DNA of 61,391 nt, counting the filler, from Jimgerdemannia flammicorona (Eukaryota): assembly GCA_003990765.1 (NCBI GenBank). It is 2 parts of 2 records of this genome, joined end to end, with 100 filler letters (N's around TTAATTAATTAA, not from the genome) between each part and the next. Parts side by side here need not be neighbours in the genome. Positions count along the whole stretch, not along the records: positions 30,760 to 61,391 come from RBNJ01000433.1; 1 more part is not named here. One strand, written 5' to 3'. The translations under genes and the position numbers were made by a program. The stretch's first letter is position 1. Every line of letters starts with the position of its first letter. The notes under the pieces were generated by a model. That model was given only the letters and a program-made list of their open reading frames with translations, made no database searches and was not told the DNA's origin. Positions 50,820 through 61,391 of this stretch are shown here, in pieces.

Positions 50820-52610
50820 ATATTTGACTGAGATGTGTCCTGTCTTCTTGCAGATGAAGCACAATCCTTTTTCACAGAGCTACTTCTTTTCATCCTTAGT
50901 GGAAGGTCTGGGTCCTCTGTGATTTTGCTGGTTCCTTTGATCATTCTGTTGATCATATCTTTGATCATTCCTTTGATCATTTCTTTTGGTAGGGTTCCTT
51001 CTATCTTGGTTATCCTTCTTGTGTTCTTGATTTCATGGAGCTTATGCAGCAAGGATTTCATGGGCTCTTCTTTGTACTAGAGCAAAGTACTATGAGTAGT
51101 GAGGACATTCTTGGGGAAGACCTTGTTCCTTGATCTTCTGGGTGATCCAGTCTGGTAAGGCTGCAAATAGGTAGTTGGCTCTGGTACCATTGATGGCCAA
51201 ATTGTTCTTCTGGTAGGTAAGTCCAACAGTTTTGAGATAGGCATCCATTCTGGTGGCAAAGGTTTCTAGATCTTCTTCACCATTCTTGTGGAACTTCATC
51301 TGGGAGAGCTTATTCCAAGTTTCTTATATATAGGTTGCATTTCAGAATTTAGTCAGTAGCAAGGCCTTGAGTCCTGGGCCTACTTCATAGTCATCCTAAC
51401 CAGGTCTATTGTTGGTAGAAGCTTGTCCAATGACTTGGGGGCAGATTTCCCAGATTACTGGGTATTGTTCCAAGGTTTGCCAGAATTCGGCTGCTGTTCC
51501 AGTGAAGAAAGTAGCTACTGTTTCTACTTGTGCTGCTGATGTGGCAAACAGCTGTTGAAGGGTGCTGTTCTTGTTTTTGGTGAGCATTCCTATAGGCACT
51601 CAGTTATCATTCCATTGATTTGCTCAGTAGTCTGTATCAACTGCATTGATGAAGTTTTCAATGTCACTGTTTTTTCCACTGAATGTTGGGATTTGCAAAG
51701 TCTTGATTAGTTTGTTCTGTTCAGTAATCTGTTATACTATCTCTACTAGTGCTGCTAGCTGGGTGGTCAGTGCTGCAATATTGGTATCTACCATTGTGTT
51801 GACTATTGGTGGTGGGCCTGTTGGGGTAGATTCTCCTAAAGATTGATCTGCTTGGTGGAGTTGTGGGGCTGTATGACTTGGAGTTACTTGATTCCCAGAT
51901 ATTAAGTCAAAGAGTTCTGTAAGAGAGAGTAAACCAAATCTCTGTATAGGTGGCTGAGTTGGTTCTTGGGTCTGATCTTCTTGACCTGTGGTTCCTTGGT
52001 AAATTCCTAGGCCTACTGTTCCTCATTGGCTATCATCAGACTGGTAACCTGTAGAGTCTTCATCTGACTCCCTTCCCTGATGAGATAGTATGTCCTCATA
52101 CTGGCTAGGTCCTTCAAAGAGGATATTAGTCTCTGGCTGAGTAGATGGGCCTGCTCCTTGTTCAGCAGTAGGGGATGAGTGGCCTGCTTGCTCATTCTCA
52201 TACCTAGTTATGGCAGAGGCATAGTATACAACTAGCCTGTAGTAGAGGGAGGTCTTGGTTGGGGTATGATGATATCTGTTAGAGGCAATCCACTCGGTAG
52301 CTACTTCTCTTGCAGCAGGGGGTGTGATATAATATAAAAAATCCTGGGTGGTTGCAGCAGTAGATTCTGGGGTCCTAGTGGTTCCAATGTGTCCTCAGAG
52401 GAGTTCGTAGAACCTATGGCAGCTGACAATATTCCTAAGTCCCAGGTGGTATGTCCTAAAGGCCTGGTATAGATCCTTATAAGCCTGGTCAATTATAAGC
52501 TAGTGGGTCCTTGGGTCTGTGGTTTTCTGATACCACCTGGTCCTAATGGCAAGGGCTTCTCTGGCTCTGGTTTAAGGATCCACAGTTATTTCTGGGGGTT
52601 ACTCATGTCC
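50820..52610 (-). pseudogene. Gypsy gag
   Basis: IPTFSG..DIENFI and FTGTAAEFW capsid-like motifs; CFICKKTGHISVKY knuckle with last C>Y; 5' limit approximate. Confidence 0.8.
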
Positions 52611-52669
52611 AAGGTTGGTCTTGTTCTAACTTCAGGAGTGTGTTCTTGATGTCTTCTTGGCTGGTAATC

Positions 52670-52680
52670 CAGTACTACCA
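52670..52680 (-). promoter_or_regulatory. Primer binding site, tRNA-iMet type, CpG-decayed
   Basis: TGGTAGTACTG 3 nt after the 5' LTR equals TGGTAGCGCCG (Ty1/Ty3 iMet PBS) with only CpG transitions. Confidence 0.7.
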
Positions 52681-52683
52681 TGT

Positions 52684-53455
52684 TGTAATAACTCTCACTT
52701 CTACCCCTCTCTTATCCTTTGGATAATTAGGGAAGTGGACTATTACTTAGAGACTTAGTACACAATGTGTATCAAGAAGCCTTCAGTTTGAGGAAGCACT
52801 CACTTGTAAGTAAGTATAGTGGCAGTGCCTTATCTTTCAAAGGTCTTTCTCTTGTGCCCTATTTAAAGGGCGTGGTTCTTTGCTGTGCACAGACTGAATT
52901 TACCTTGGAATTCAGGTTCAATGGGTTTACTTAAGTCTTTGTGATTTGTATACCAATCTCAGTTCTGGCAGAAGTTAGCTAGGCTTCTGGAGTTTAGTCA
53001 GAAATACTAGAATCACTTAGATATCATTACTAAGACTCAGGGGAATGTTTGTGTGTGGGGGTGACTTGATTCTTGTATTAAGGACTGAACTAAAACTGCT
53101 TTATTTTGGATAGAAACTAGGGGGTATTTATACAAGTTGGTCCGCGATTTCTGACTAAGTATGAGTGACTAATTTGGTAACTATAATGAGGTTTGTAATT
53201 GTGACCTTTGTCAGGTGGTTTTTGGTAAAGAATATCTTTGTGATCAGGACCTCAATTACTAGACAATGCTCAGAAACTGTGGCAACAGTTACTGTGGCAC
53301 CAATTGTTGGAGATAAGCTGGATATCATTTTCTGCATCATTTCGCATTGTTTGTATTATTTGCATCATTCATCATTCATATATTATGCTTCATTCATATG
53401 ATGACATCATCACTGTCAGGTCACATGATTGTTCTTTGTGCCTCGTTCTATTACA
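52684..53455 (-). repeat. 5' LTR
   Basis: TGTAATAAC...CTATTACA. Confidence 0.95.
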
Positions 53456-53795
53456 CATTCACTTGCTGGCTTCTACAACCCTTCAAAATATTTTGCACCC
53501 AGGCTGTACTATCTCAGATCTGTCTCCTCTTCACAAACCCTCACTGTTCTTTACACACCAATTGGCCAATCCATTGTTGCATTCTCCCTGTTAGAATCTT
53601 GGAGACCAGCTTTCTGTCCACATTCAGTAATATAATAGACTGTGGGCTCCTTCCTCTACTACCTTACTGGTCACAAGATTTAGTAGGTGACCTTCTGAGT
53701 CCCCTTTCTCCTATTGTTACCTCCTCTACCTTGGGTTGGTTTGCTGTGCCTGTAGGGGCATAGTGGGAGGAGGGCAATGGTCGAGTCAAAAGACC

Positions 53796-55665
53796 ACCTT
53801 TCTCCTGTACAATTCATATTATACAAAACTTCAAGCAACAGTTTTCAATACAACTCAGAGAAAATATATTATAAGGATATTATCAAGCAAGAGTTCTGAT
53901 GGGCATGCTGGGTCAGGTGGACCTGGGGCTTTCAGCTGGCAGCAGGTGGGGAGAGGTTATGGATTAGGGATGGGGGCTTTTGGAGAGTCGATGGTGGGAG
54001 AAGACTCTAGAGGTGGACCAGTGTCTGGTGGATCTGGAGGAAGGTCTGGTCCCCCCAGCTTTGCCAACAAGGTGAAGGCAGGTAGATGGCCTACTGGGAC
54101 AGGGGCTGGTGCTGCTGAGGGGAAGGGCAAGGCTAGTGTCAGGAGGGAGAGTGGCCCTCTGGGGGGAGCAGTGAGCATAAGGGCCAGTGGTACTGTGGCT
54201 GGGGGTGTGACTATTGATGGGAGTGTGATGGGAGATCAGGAAAAAAAAAGAGATGTGGTGGCTGATGGTAGAGTGGGGCAGGGGTTTCTGATGCAGAAGG
54301 GAGACCTGGCTCATGGTATAATGGGGCTGGCAGTGGCACCATTACTCAAGAAATCAATCTTGGAGTTTGCGGTGATACTGTGCTTCTGAGGCTTAGGGAT
54401 GACGGTGAGGATGGTCTTGGGGCTTATCTCAAAGAAGGTGGCTGGGGCGGCTTCGGTGAAATTCCTGAAGGGTCTGGAGGGAGTTGAGGTGGGCTTTGAG
54501 GAGGTGGGCTCACTAGAAGAGGTGCTGAGGGCTGGAGTAGCAGTTGGGGAGGTGGTGGTTCCTATGGTGTACTGTTTGAGATGGGACCCCAGAGTGGTGC
54601 AGCTGCTGGTGAAGAGAGTGCCCACAGTAACAAAGGAGGAGATGAGGAGGAGGGTAGAGGAGGTGATGGCAGAGTATGGAGATGTGGTGGATATTGGCTT
54701 CTAGGTGTGGGAGGGGACAACGATTAGGACAGGTAATGTTGATGTCAGAATTCAGCTGGCAGGGAGGGAGACCACAGGGAAGGCAGGTGACTGGCCCTCA
54801 GTGTTGATGTGGGGGGCATTTATTTGTAAGGTGTCGAGGGTGAAGGGGAGTGAGGAGGAGGAGGAGGAGGATTTGTTGAAAGCATTGGAGGAGATGAGTG
54901 ATATAGTGGAATGGCAGGCAAAGGCCTGAAAGCTCTATGAGGAGTCGATACACCTGGAGATTGTAGAGGGGAAGCATATCTGCACTGACAAGAGGCAGTG
55001 GGAGCAGGCCCAGGGGTGCTTGAGGCAGAGGGAGCTCTTGGCGAGTATGACAGGAGGGGAGAAGAGGAAGGTGGATGGAGCTGAGAAGTCTGGAGGCGTT
55101 GAAGCAAGTATATGGACTAGTGAAGGTGGAAAGGAGGTAGTGGTAATAGAAGAATAGGCTGCGAAGGTGCTAGGTAAGGATCCCTATGCAGATGGTACTT
55201 TCAAGGTCTGGGAGAAGGAGTCAGATAGCACCCCCCCCCCCACTTGTCAGGAGGGGCCCGGTGGGGCGGAGAGGGGTGGCAGAAGATGTACCAATACAGG
55301 GGGCCCAGTGAGTTACCTTTGGGGTCCCAGATGTGGCAAAAGGGGGCCAGGTGGTGGCAGTTAGTGAGGATGTCCCAGAGGAGGAGTGGAATGAGGATGC
55401 CAGTGTAGGTGCTGATACCATGATGCTGAATGTAGGGTGGCCAGGGACCTCTGGAGGGAAGGAGATTGGGAATCTGCTGTGGATGAGCAAGGTGATGGAT
55501 AACCTTACAGCTGAGGTGCTGGGGGAAGTGGATCTGAGGGTCATGCCAGAGGAGCACTGGGCATGGATTCTGTGAGGTGATGGAGTGGTGGAGGTGCTGA
55601 AGATGGAGATTCTTACTATATTACTGAAAGAAGAGGGTTATGAGGTGGATGAGGTGAGGAAGGCA
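53796..55665 (+). mobile_element. LINE 5' UTR plus most of ORF1, interrupted by a sister copy
   Basis: Highly similar to 55667-57543; breaks at GAGGAAGGCA. Confidence 0.9.
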
Positions 55666-55666
55666 T

Positions 55667-58600
55667 ACCTTTCTCTTGTACAATTCACATTATACAAAAC
55701 TTCAAGTAATAGTTTTCGACACAACTCAGAGAAAAGGTATTATAAGAATGTCATCGAGCAAGAGTTCTGATGGGCGTACTGGGTCAGGTGGACCTGGGGC
55801 TTTTGGCTGGCAGAAGGTGGGGAGAGGTTATGGACTGGGGATGGGGGCTTTTGGAGGATCGAAGGTGGGAGAAGGCTCTGGAGGTGGTCTAGTGTCTGGT
55901 AGATCTAGAGGAAGGCCTGGTCCCTTTAGCTTTGTCAACAAGGTGAAGGTATGTGGATGGCCTACTGGGATGAGGGCTGGCACTGCTGAGGGGAAGGGCA
56001 AGGCTAGTTTCAGGAGAGAGAGTGGCCCTCAGGGGGGAGTGGTGAGCATAGGGGCTGGTGGTGCTATGACTGGGGGTGTGACTGTTGATGGGAGTGTGAT
56101 GGAGGATCAGGAAAAAAAAGGAGATGTGATGGCTGATGGTAGAGGGGGACAGGGTTTTCCAATGCAGAAGGGGGACCTGGCTGATAGTGTAACAGGGCTG
56201 GCAGTGGCACCATTACTCAAGAAATCGATCTTGGAGTTTGCGGTGACACTGTGCTTCTGAGGCTTAGAGATGACAGTGAGGATGATCTTGGGGCTTATCT
56301 CAAAGCAGGTGGCTGGAGCGGCTTCGGTGAAATTTCTGAAGGGTCTGGAGGGGGTTGAGGTGGGCTTTGAGGAGGCAGGCCCACTGAAAGAGATGCTGAG
56401 GGCTGGAGTGGCAGTTGGGGAGGTGGTGGTCCCTATGGTGTGCTGTTTGAGGTGGGACCCCAGGGTGGTGCAGCTGCTGGTGAAGAGGGTGCCCACAGTA
56501 ACAAAGGAAGAGATGAGGAGGAGGGTAGAGGAGGTGATGGTGGAGTATGGAGATGTGGTAGATGTTGGCTTCTAGGTGTGGGAGGGGACAATGATTAGGA
56601 CAGGTGATGTTGATGTCAGGATTTGGCTGGCAGGGAGGGAGGCCACAGAGAAGGCAGGTGACTGGCCCTCAGTGTTGATGTGGGGGGCTTTTATTTGCAA
56701 GGTGTCGAGGGTGAAGGGGAGTGAGGAGGAGGAGGAGGATTTGTTAGAGGCATTGAAGGAGATGAGTGGTGCGGTGAAATGGTGGACAAAGGCCTGGAAG
56801 CTCTATAAGGAGTCGACACACTTGGAGATTGTAGAGGGGAAGCATGTCCACACTGACAAGAGGTAGTGGGAGCGGGCTCAGGGGTGCTTGAGGCAGAGGG
56901 AGCTCTTGACGAGTATGACAGGAGGGGAGAAGAGGAAGGTTGATGGGGCTGAGGGGTCTGGAGGTGTCAAAGCCAGTGTATGGGCTAGCAAAGGTGGAAA
57001 GGAGGTAGTGGTGATGGAAGAATGGGCTGCGAAGGTACTGGGCAGGGATCCCTATACCAATGGTACTTTCGAGGTCTGGGAGGAGGAGTCAGATAGTACC
57101 CCCCCCCCACTTGTCAGGAGGGGCCCGGTGGGGTGGAGAGGGGCAGCAGAAGATGTACCAATGCAGGGGGCCCAGTGAGTCACCTTTGGGGTCCCAGATG
57201 TGGCAAAAGGGGGCCAGGTGGTGGCGGTTGGTGAGGATGAGCTGGTGGATGTCCTGGAGGAAGAGTGGAATGAGGATGCCAGTGTCAGTGTGGATACTAT
57301 GATGCTGGATGCAGGGTGGCCCAGGACTCCTGGAGGGAAGGAGATTGGGAATTTGCTGTGGATGAGCAAGGTGATGGATAACCTTGCAGCTGAGGTGTTG
57401 GGAGAAATAGATCTGAGGGTCATGCCAGAGGAGCACTGGGCACAGATTCTGAGAGGCGAAGGAGTGGTGGAGGCACTGAAGATGGAGATTCTTACAATAC
57501 TGCTGAAGGAGGAGGGTTATGAGGTGGACGGGGTGAGGAAGGCTGAGCTGGTGGCTGTCATGGGTGAGCGGGCTGCCTACTGTTGGGTGGAATGCCATAG
57601 TTTGCAGTTCTGGCAAGAGGCCTGTGAGGAGTATCAGGAGGACTTTGAGGAGAAAGAGGATGGGGCAATGGTTGAACTTCTGGAGGGATTGGAGGCACAG
57701 GGAGCTGAGAAGAAGGAATTGGCTATGGAATACATCTTGGATTTGGTACAGGAGGATTTGAGTGCGGATTTGTAGAGGAGAGGCTTAATCTTTAACAATA
57801 TTCCTCATGAATAGTACAACTAATATTTTCTCTCTCAATGTGAATGGTCTTCGAGGTTCTGGGTGGTGTAAGAACATTTTTACATGGCTAAAGGGATTGG
57901 AGGCTGATCTCTTTTTACTGCAGGATGTATGGTGTGAGAATGAGGATGATTGGGTAGAATGGACTAGGGAATGGGGTGGGGCTACTGCTTGGTTTGGAAA
58001 GGTGGCCATTATGGTTAGGAAGGGTAGAGGGAATTTGGAGGGAATCAGGAACTGGGGAGATCACTTGGTCTGGGGAGAATGGTGCCGGCCAGGGTGGGAA
58101 TCAGTGAGGGTGGGCTCTTGTTACTGCTCAGCAGCTAGGGGAGAGAGGATTGTGTGGATTAAGGAGCTACTGGAGGAGGGTGTTCTCTTGGAGGAAGGGG
58201 TAGATGTTCTTGGTGGTAATTTCAACATGGTTCGAGATGTGCGGCTAGATAGGACTGATGGAGGAAGGAATGCAGGTGGGAGGAGTGGTGGATTAGATGT
58301 GTGGGAGGAGGTGGAAACCCTTAGCTCCTTAGGGGATATGGGCCAAACATGGTGGGGTGACACCAGGGTCTACACACAATGGATGAATGGCTTAGGGACA
58401 AGAATTGACTGGATTCTGACAGCTGAATGTTGGGATGCTGATGTCTGGAAGTCTTTGGAGGTGGTGTGGTGCTTGTGGTCTGATCACTGGGGACTGTTTG
58501 GGCAGGGGTGGTTTGGGGGGAGTGGAGATGGACCGAGACATTGGCATCTTAACTCCTTCCTGCTGGCTGAGAAGGTGTTGTGGGATACATGGGTGGAGGA

Positions 58601-61391
58601 CATCCAGGCAAAGATTCCACTTTGGAGGCAAGAGGGTTTGTCTGTGGGTGTCTGTTGGATGAGATTGAAGGAGGCTATGAGGGTTTATTGGGGTGGAGCT
58701 GGTAGGGAGGCAGAGAGAAGGAGGAGGAGGCGATTACAGTGTGCTTCAAATAGGTTGAGGAGATTGTAGTTGGAGTGGGCAGATTTGCTTACGTCTGGTG
58801 AGGTGGAGGATTGGAGGTTAGAGAGGGCGAAATTGGAAGTTGCAGAACTGCAACAGGTGTTGAGAGAGGAAGAGGAGACTCATATGCAAGGAATGGTAGC
58901 CAGGCTCAGATGGCAGGGGCTGGAGGAGGGGGAGCGGCCTACTAGGTACTTGTCTAGGCTCCTCAAGGCCAGGCGGGTAAGACATCAGTGGGATGGGATC
59001 TTGGATGCTGAGGGAGAGTTGGTGCATGGTATGCAGCAGATCCTAGGGATATGGAAGGAGAATTGGCGGGATCTGTGGAGTGAGAAAGAAGGGGGTGCTG
59101 ATGCTGAGGCAATTGGTGATACACTGGAGGAGTGGGAGCCACCACAGGTAGAAGGGCTGGGTGACTTGATCTTGCCAGTCCAGGAGGAGGAGATCCAAGG
59201 GGTCCTGGTGGCAACTAAGCTTGGGACAGCACCAGGAGAGGATGGGTTACCGTGGGACTTCTGGAAGAAGATGGTGAAAGTCCCAGGGATGCTGGAATGG
59301 CATGTGGGTTGGAGAGCAGGACTTAGGGCTGGTGGCCCTATTGTATAAAGATAAGGGCCGGCATGAGGATTGGAGGAACTGGAGGCTGATCATACTTCTG
59401 GATATGGATCAGAAGTTGGTGACTAAAGTGATTGTTGCAAGGCTACAGAAGGTTGCTCAAAAGGTGCTGGGTGAGGAGCAGCAGGGCTTTGTAGGAGGTA
59501 GACTTATCAGAGATGGAACTGCCTGGGTGCATGGCATTATTGAAGGAGCCCGGGCCTGTGGATTGGATGGGAGACTGGTTTTTTTGGACCAGGAGAAGGC
59601 CTATGACCGTGTTCGGTGGGTTTGGTTGGGCAAGGTGCTGGACAGAATTGGTGTTCCGCTACAGTTTCGGGCCTCTATGTTGAGTTTGTTGGAAGGGAGT
59701 AGAGTGGCGCTGTTGTGTAATGATCACAGGGGTTTGGCATTCCCCTTGGGGAGAGGAGTCTCTCAAGGAGACCCACTGTCCCCTATTCTTTATACACTCT
59801 CCTTGGAACCTTTGATGGACAGGATCTGTAAGAGGGTGACTGGGCTCTCTGTGTATGATGTAGAGTGAAAGGTGGGGGCCTTTGCAGATGATATGGTAGT
59901 TGGACTTGGATCTGTAGCAGATATAGAGGCTCTTTGGGAAACAGTGGAGTGGTATGAGGCACACTCTAGAGCGAAGCTCAACTGGTATAAGTGTGAGACA
60001 ATGGTGCTGGGGAACGAGCTAGTGGGTGGAGATGTCATTGGAACAATTGTCCCCACAGGAGAGGTGGTGTGGTACCTTGATATCTTCCTCTCTGTATATG
60101 GATCAGTCCTACCTTGTATCTGGTGGGAGAGGAGGGTGAACATTTGGGGGGAGACTCTGAAAAGTTGGGGGGGTCGTCACATCTCCCTGGTGGGGAGGGT
60201 GGCAATTCTGAATGTATACTGGTTCCCAAGCTGTGGTATGTGGCATATCACTTAGACTTTCCTGCCTGGGTGGTGAAGAGGCTGATGAAAATGGCTAGGG
60301 ATTGGATTTGGGCAGGTAGAAGGGCCCAGATCAGTTGGGATACTCTTGTCGAGCCAGTGCTTAGAGGAGGCCTGGGCCTTGTTGATTTCCCTAAGCATCT
60401 ACACTGTCTGCATGCTTGGTGGTTGAGAAGAGTTGTTGACCTACAGGGTGGAGGTTGGGTACCATTGATGAAGAAGGTGTGGGAGATGAGAGTCTCCCCC
60501 TGGGGGTCCACAGGGGATCTTCTCTCTTTGGTGGGTCTGAATGGGAGCTGAAGACTATAGTATAAGGGCTTCTGGTGGGGAGTGGTCGATGGGGCACACC
60601 AGATAGGCTTGTGCTGGCATGGCAATGAGGGGGAGGTGGTATGGGGTCCAGATATGTGGAGATAGGACTGTCTGCTTCTAGGGGGAGTTCCACTCACTGA
60701 ATTTGACATTGGAGATGGAGTGGAGTGTCAGTGGCAAATTGGCCAGGATCTTTGGCCAAGTAGTTAGCAGGCAGTAGGGATTGGTGAAGAGTGGGACTAA
60801 ACAGGGATCTGGTCTTGGAGTGCAGAGGTGTGGCAGTGGCTTCCTCCTAAGTCCTGGGTAGTGTGGTGGTGAATGTTGAGGAGGAATGTTATGTTGAACT
60901 TCTGTGCTAGGCATTTGGTAGATGGTGGTCAGTTGGATTGTGAGGAGTGTTATAATGTTGGGCAAGTTGGGGGATTTGTACAAATGCCAGAACATTGGCT
61001 GGGGGAGTGTGAAGTACTGAGGGACTTTTGGATAGCTGTCGGAGACTGATTTGGGGTTGGAAGGAGACCTGATGGAGAGAGAGGTCACTGGGAAGATCTG
61101 GAATCTAGACTTGTGGGAGGTGTTGGTAATAAGTGGCTTACTACAGGGTGAGTTGTAGCAGTGTGGGTAGGGTTGGCTGGACATTGGCTCTTTGTGTTCG
61201 AGGAGGGGCAACAGATTGGGATATGGGAGAAGTTGTTGAGATGGGAGGAGTTGGTGGCAGATTTGCTGATGGAGTGGTGGGTTGGATGGGGACCACAAGG
61301 TGGACACCGTCGCTATCTGGTGGATGGGATCTGTGAACAGAGTGGTGGGCAGGTGGAGATGGTTTTTGATAGAGTAGTCTTTCATCGTGAA
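55667..61391 (+). mobile_element. Near full-length L1/Tx1-like LINE running off the window end
   Basis: ORF1 55748-57775; ORF2 from 57807 with APE (SLNVNGLR, TRIDWIL, WSDH), RT (LDQEKAYDRV, QGDPLSP, FADD) and C-terminal EHWLGEC zinc motif; several stops and frameshifts. Confidence 0.94.

Larger units (their letters stand above)
44336..53455 (-). mobile_element. Full-length Ty3/Gypsy chromodomain-bearing LTR retrotransposon with dUTPase and extra ORF
   Basis: Two LTRs, 5-bp TSD CATTC (44331-44335, 53456-53460), PBS, PPT, domain order gag-DUT-PR-RT-RH-IN-chromo-ORF3. Confidence 0.96.
42398..53640 (-). mobile_element. LINE ORF2 remnant (42398-44335 and 53461-53640) split by the Gypsy insertion
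   Basis: LLNVDRKLVSKIL...GFVKRRQI...VN rejoins GRMVFLDQE..YDRVRW across the CATTC TSD; poly-A terminus at 42398-42450. Confidence 0.88.

Overview
Eukaryotic, intron-rich fungal DNA (the TFIIE-alpha and Crinkler-type protein motifs suggest an early-diverging, Mucoromycota-like fungus; this is inference). It is mostly nested, C-to-T-decayed transposons with three CpG-retaining gene islands. Genes: a multi-exon TFIIE-alpha (TFA1) copy with frameshift and nonsense lesions (2193-4304, -), an unknown 6-exon gene built from duplicated exon-intron modules (10202-11125, +), and an apparently intact Crinkler-type effector with N-terminal domain, P-loop NTPase and PD-(D/E)XK nuclease (31535-34385, +). 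Mobile DNA: a young Ngaro/DIRS tyrosine-recombinase retrotransposon with A1-ORFs-B1-A2-B2 split repeats (13437-19140) inserted without a TSD in a Plavaka transposase relic; a full-length Ty3/Gypsy chromovirus-like element (44336-53455, CATTC TSD) with a dUTPase between the Gag zinc knuckle and protease plus an extra ~276-aa ORF after pol; many L1/Tx1-like LINE copies; a hAT-type MITE. A 100-bp artificial spacer lies at 30660-30759. The best candidate for an undescribed system is an accessory ORF family of LTR elements with its own TATA box: one copy in the env position of the Gypsy (45149-45979), a clear diverged homolog apparently inside the U3 of another LTR relic (5354-6181), and possibly a third (30536 onward).
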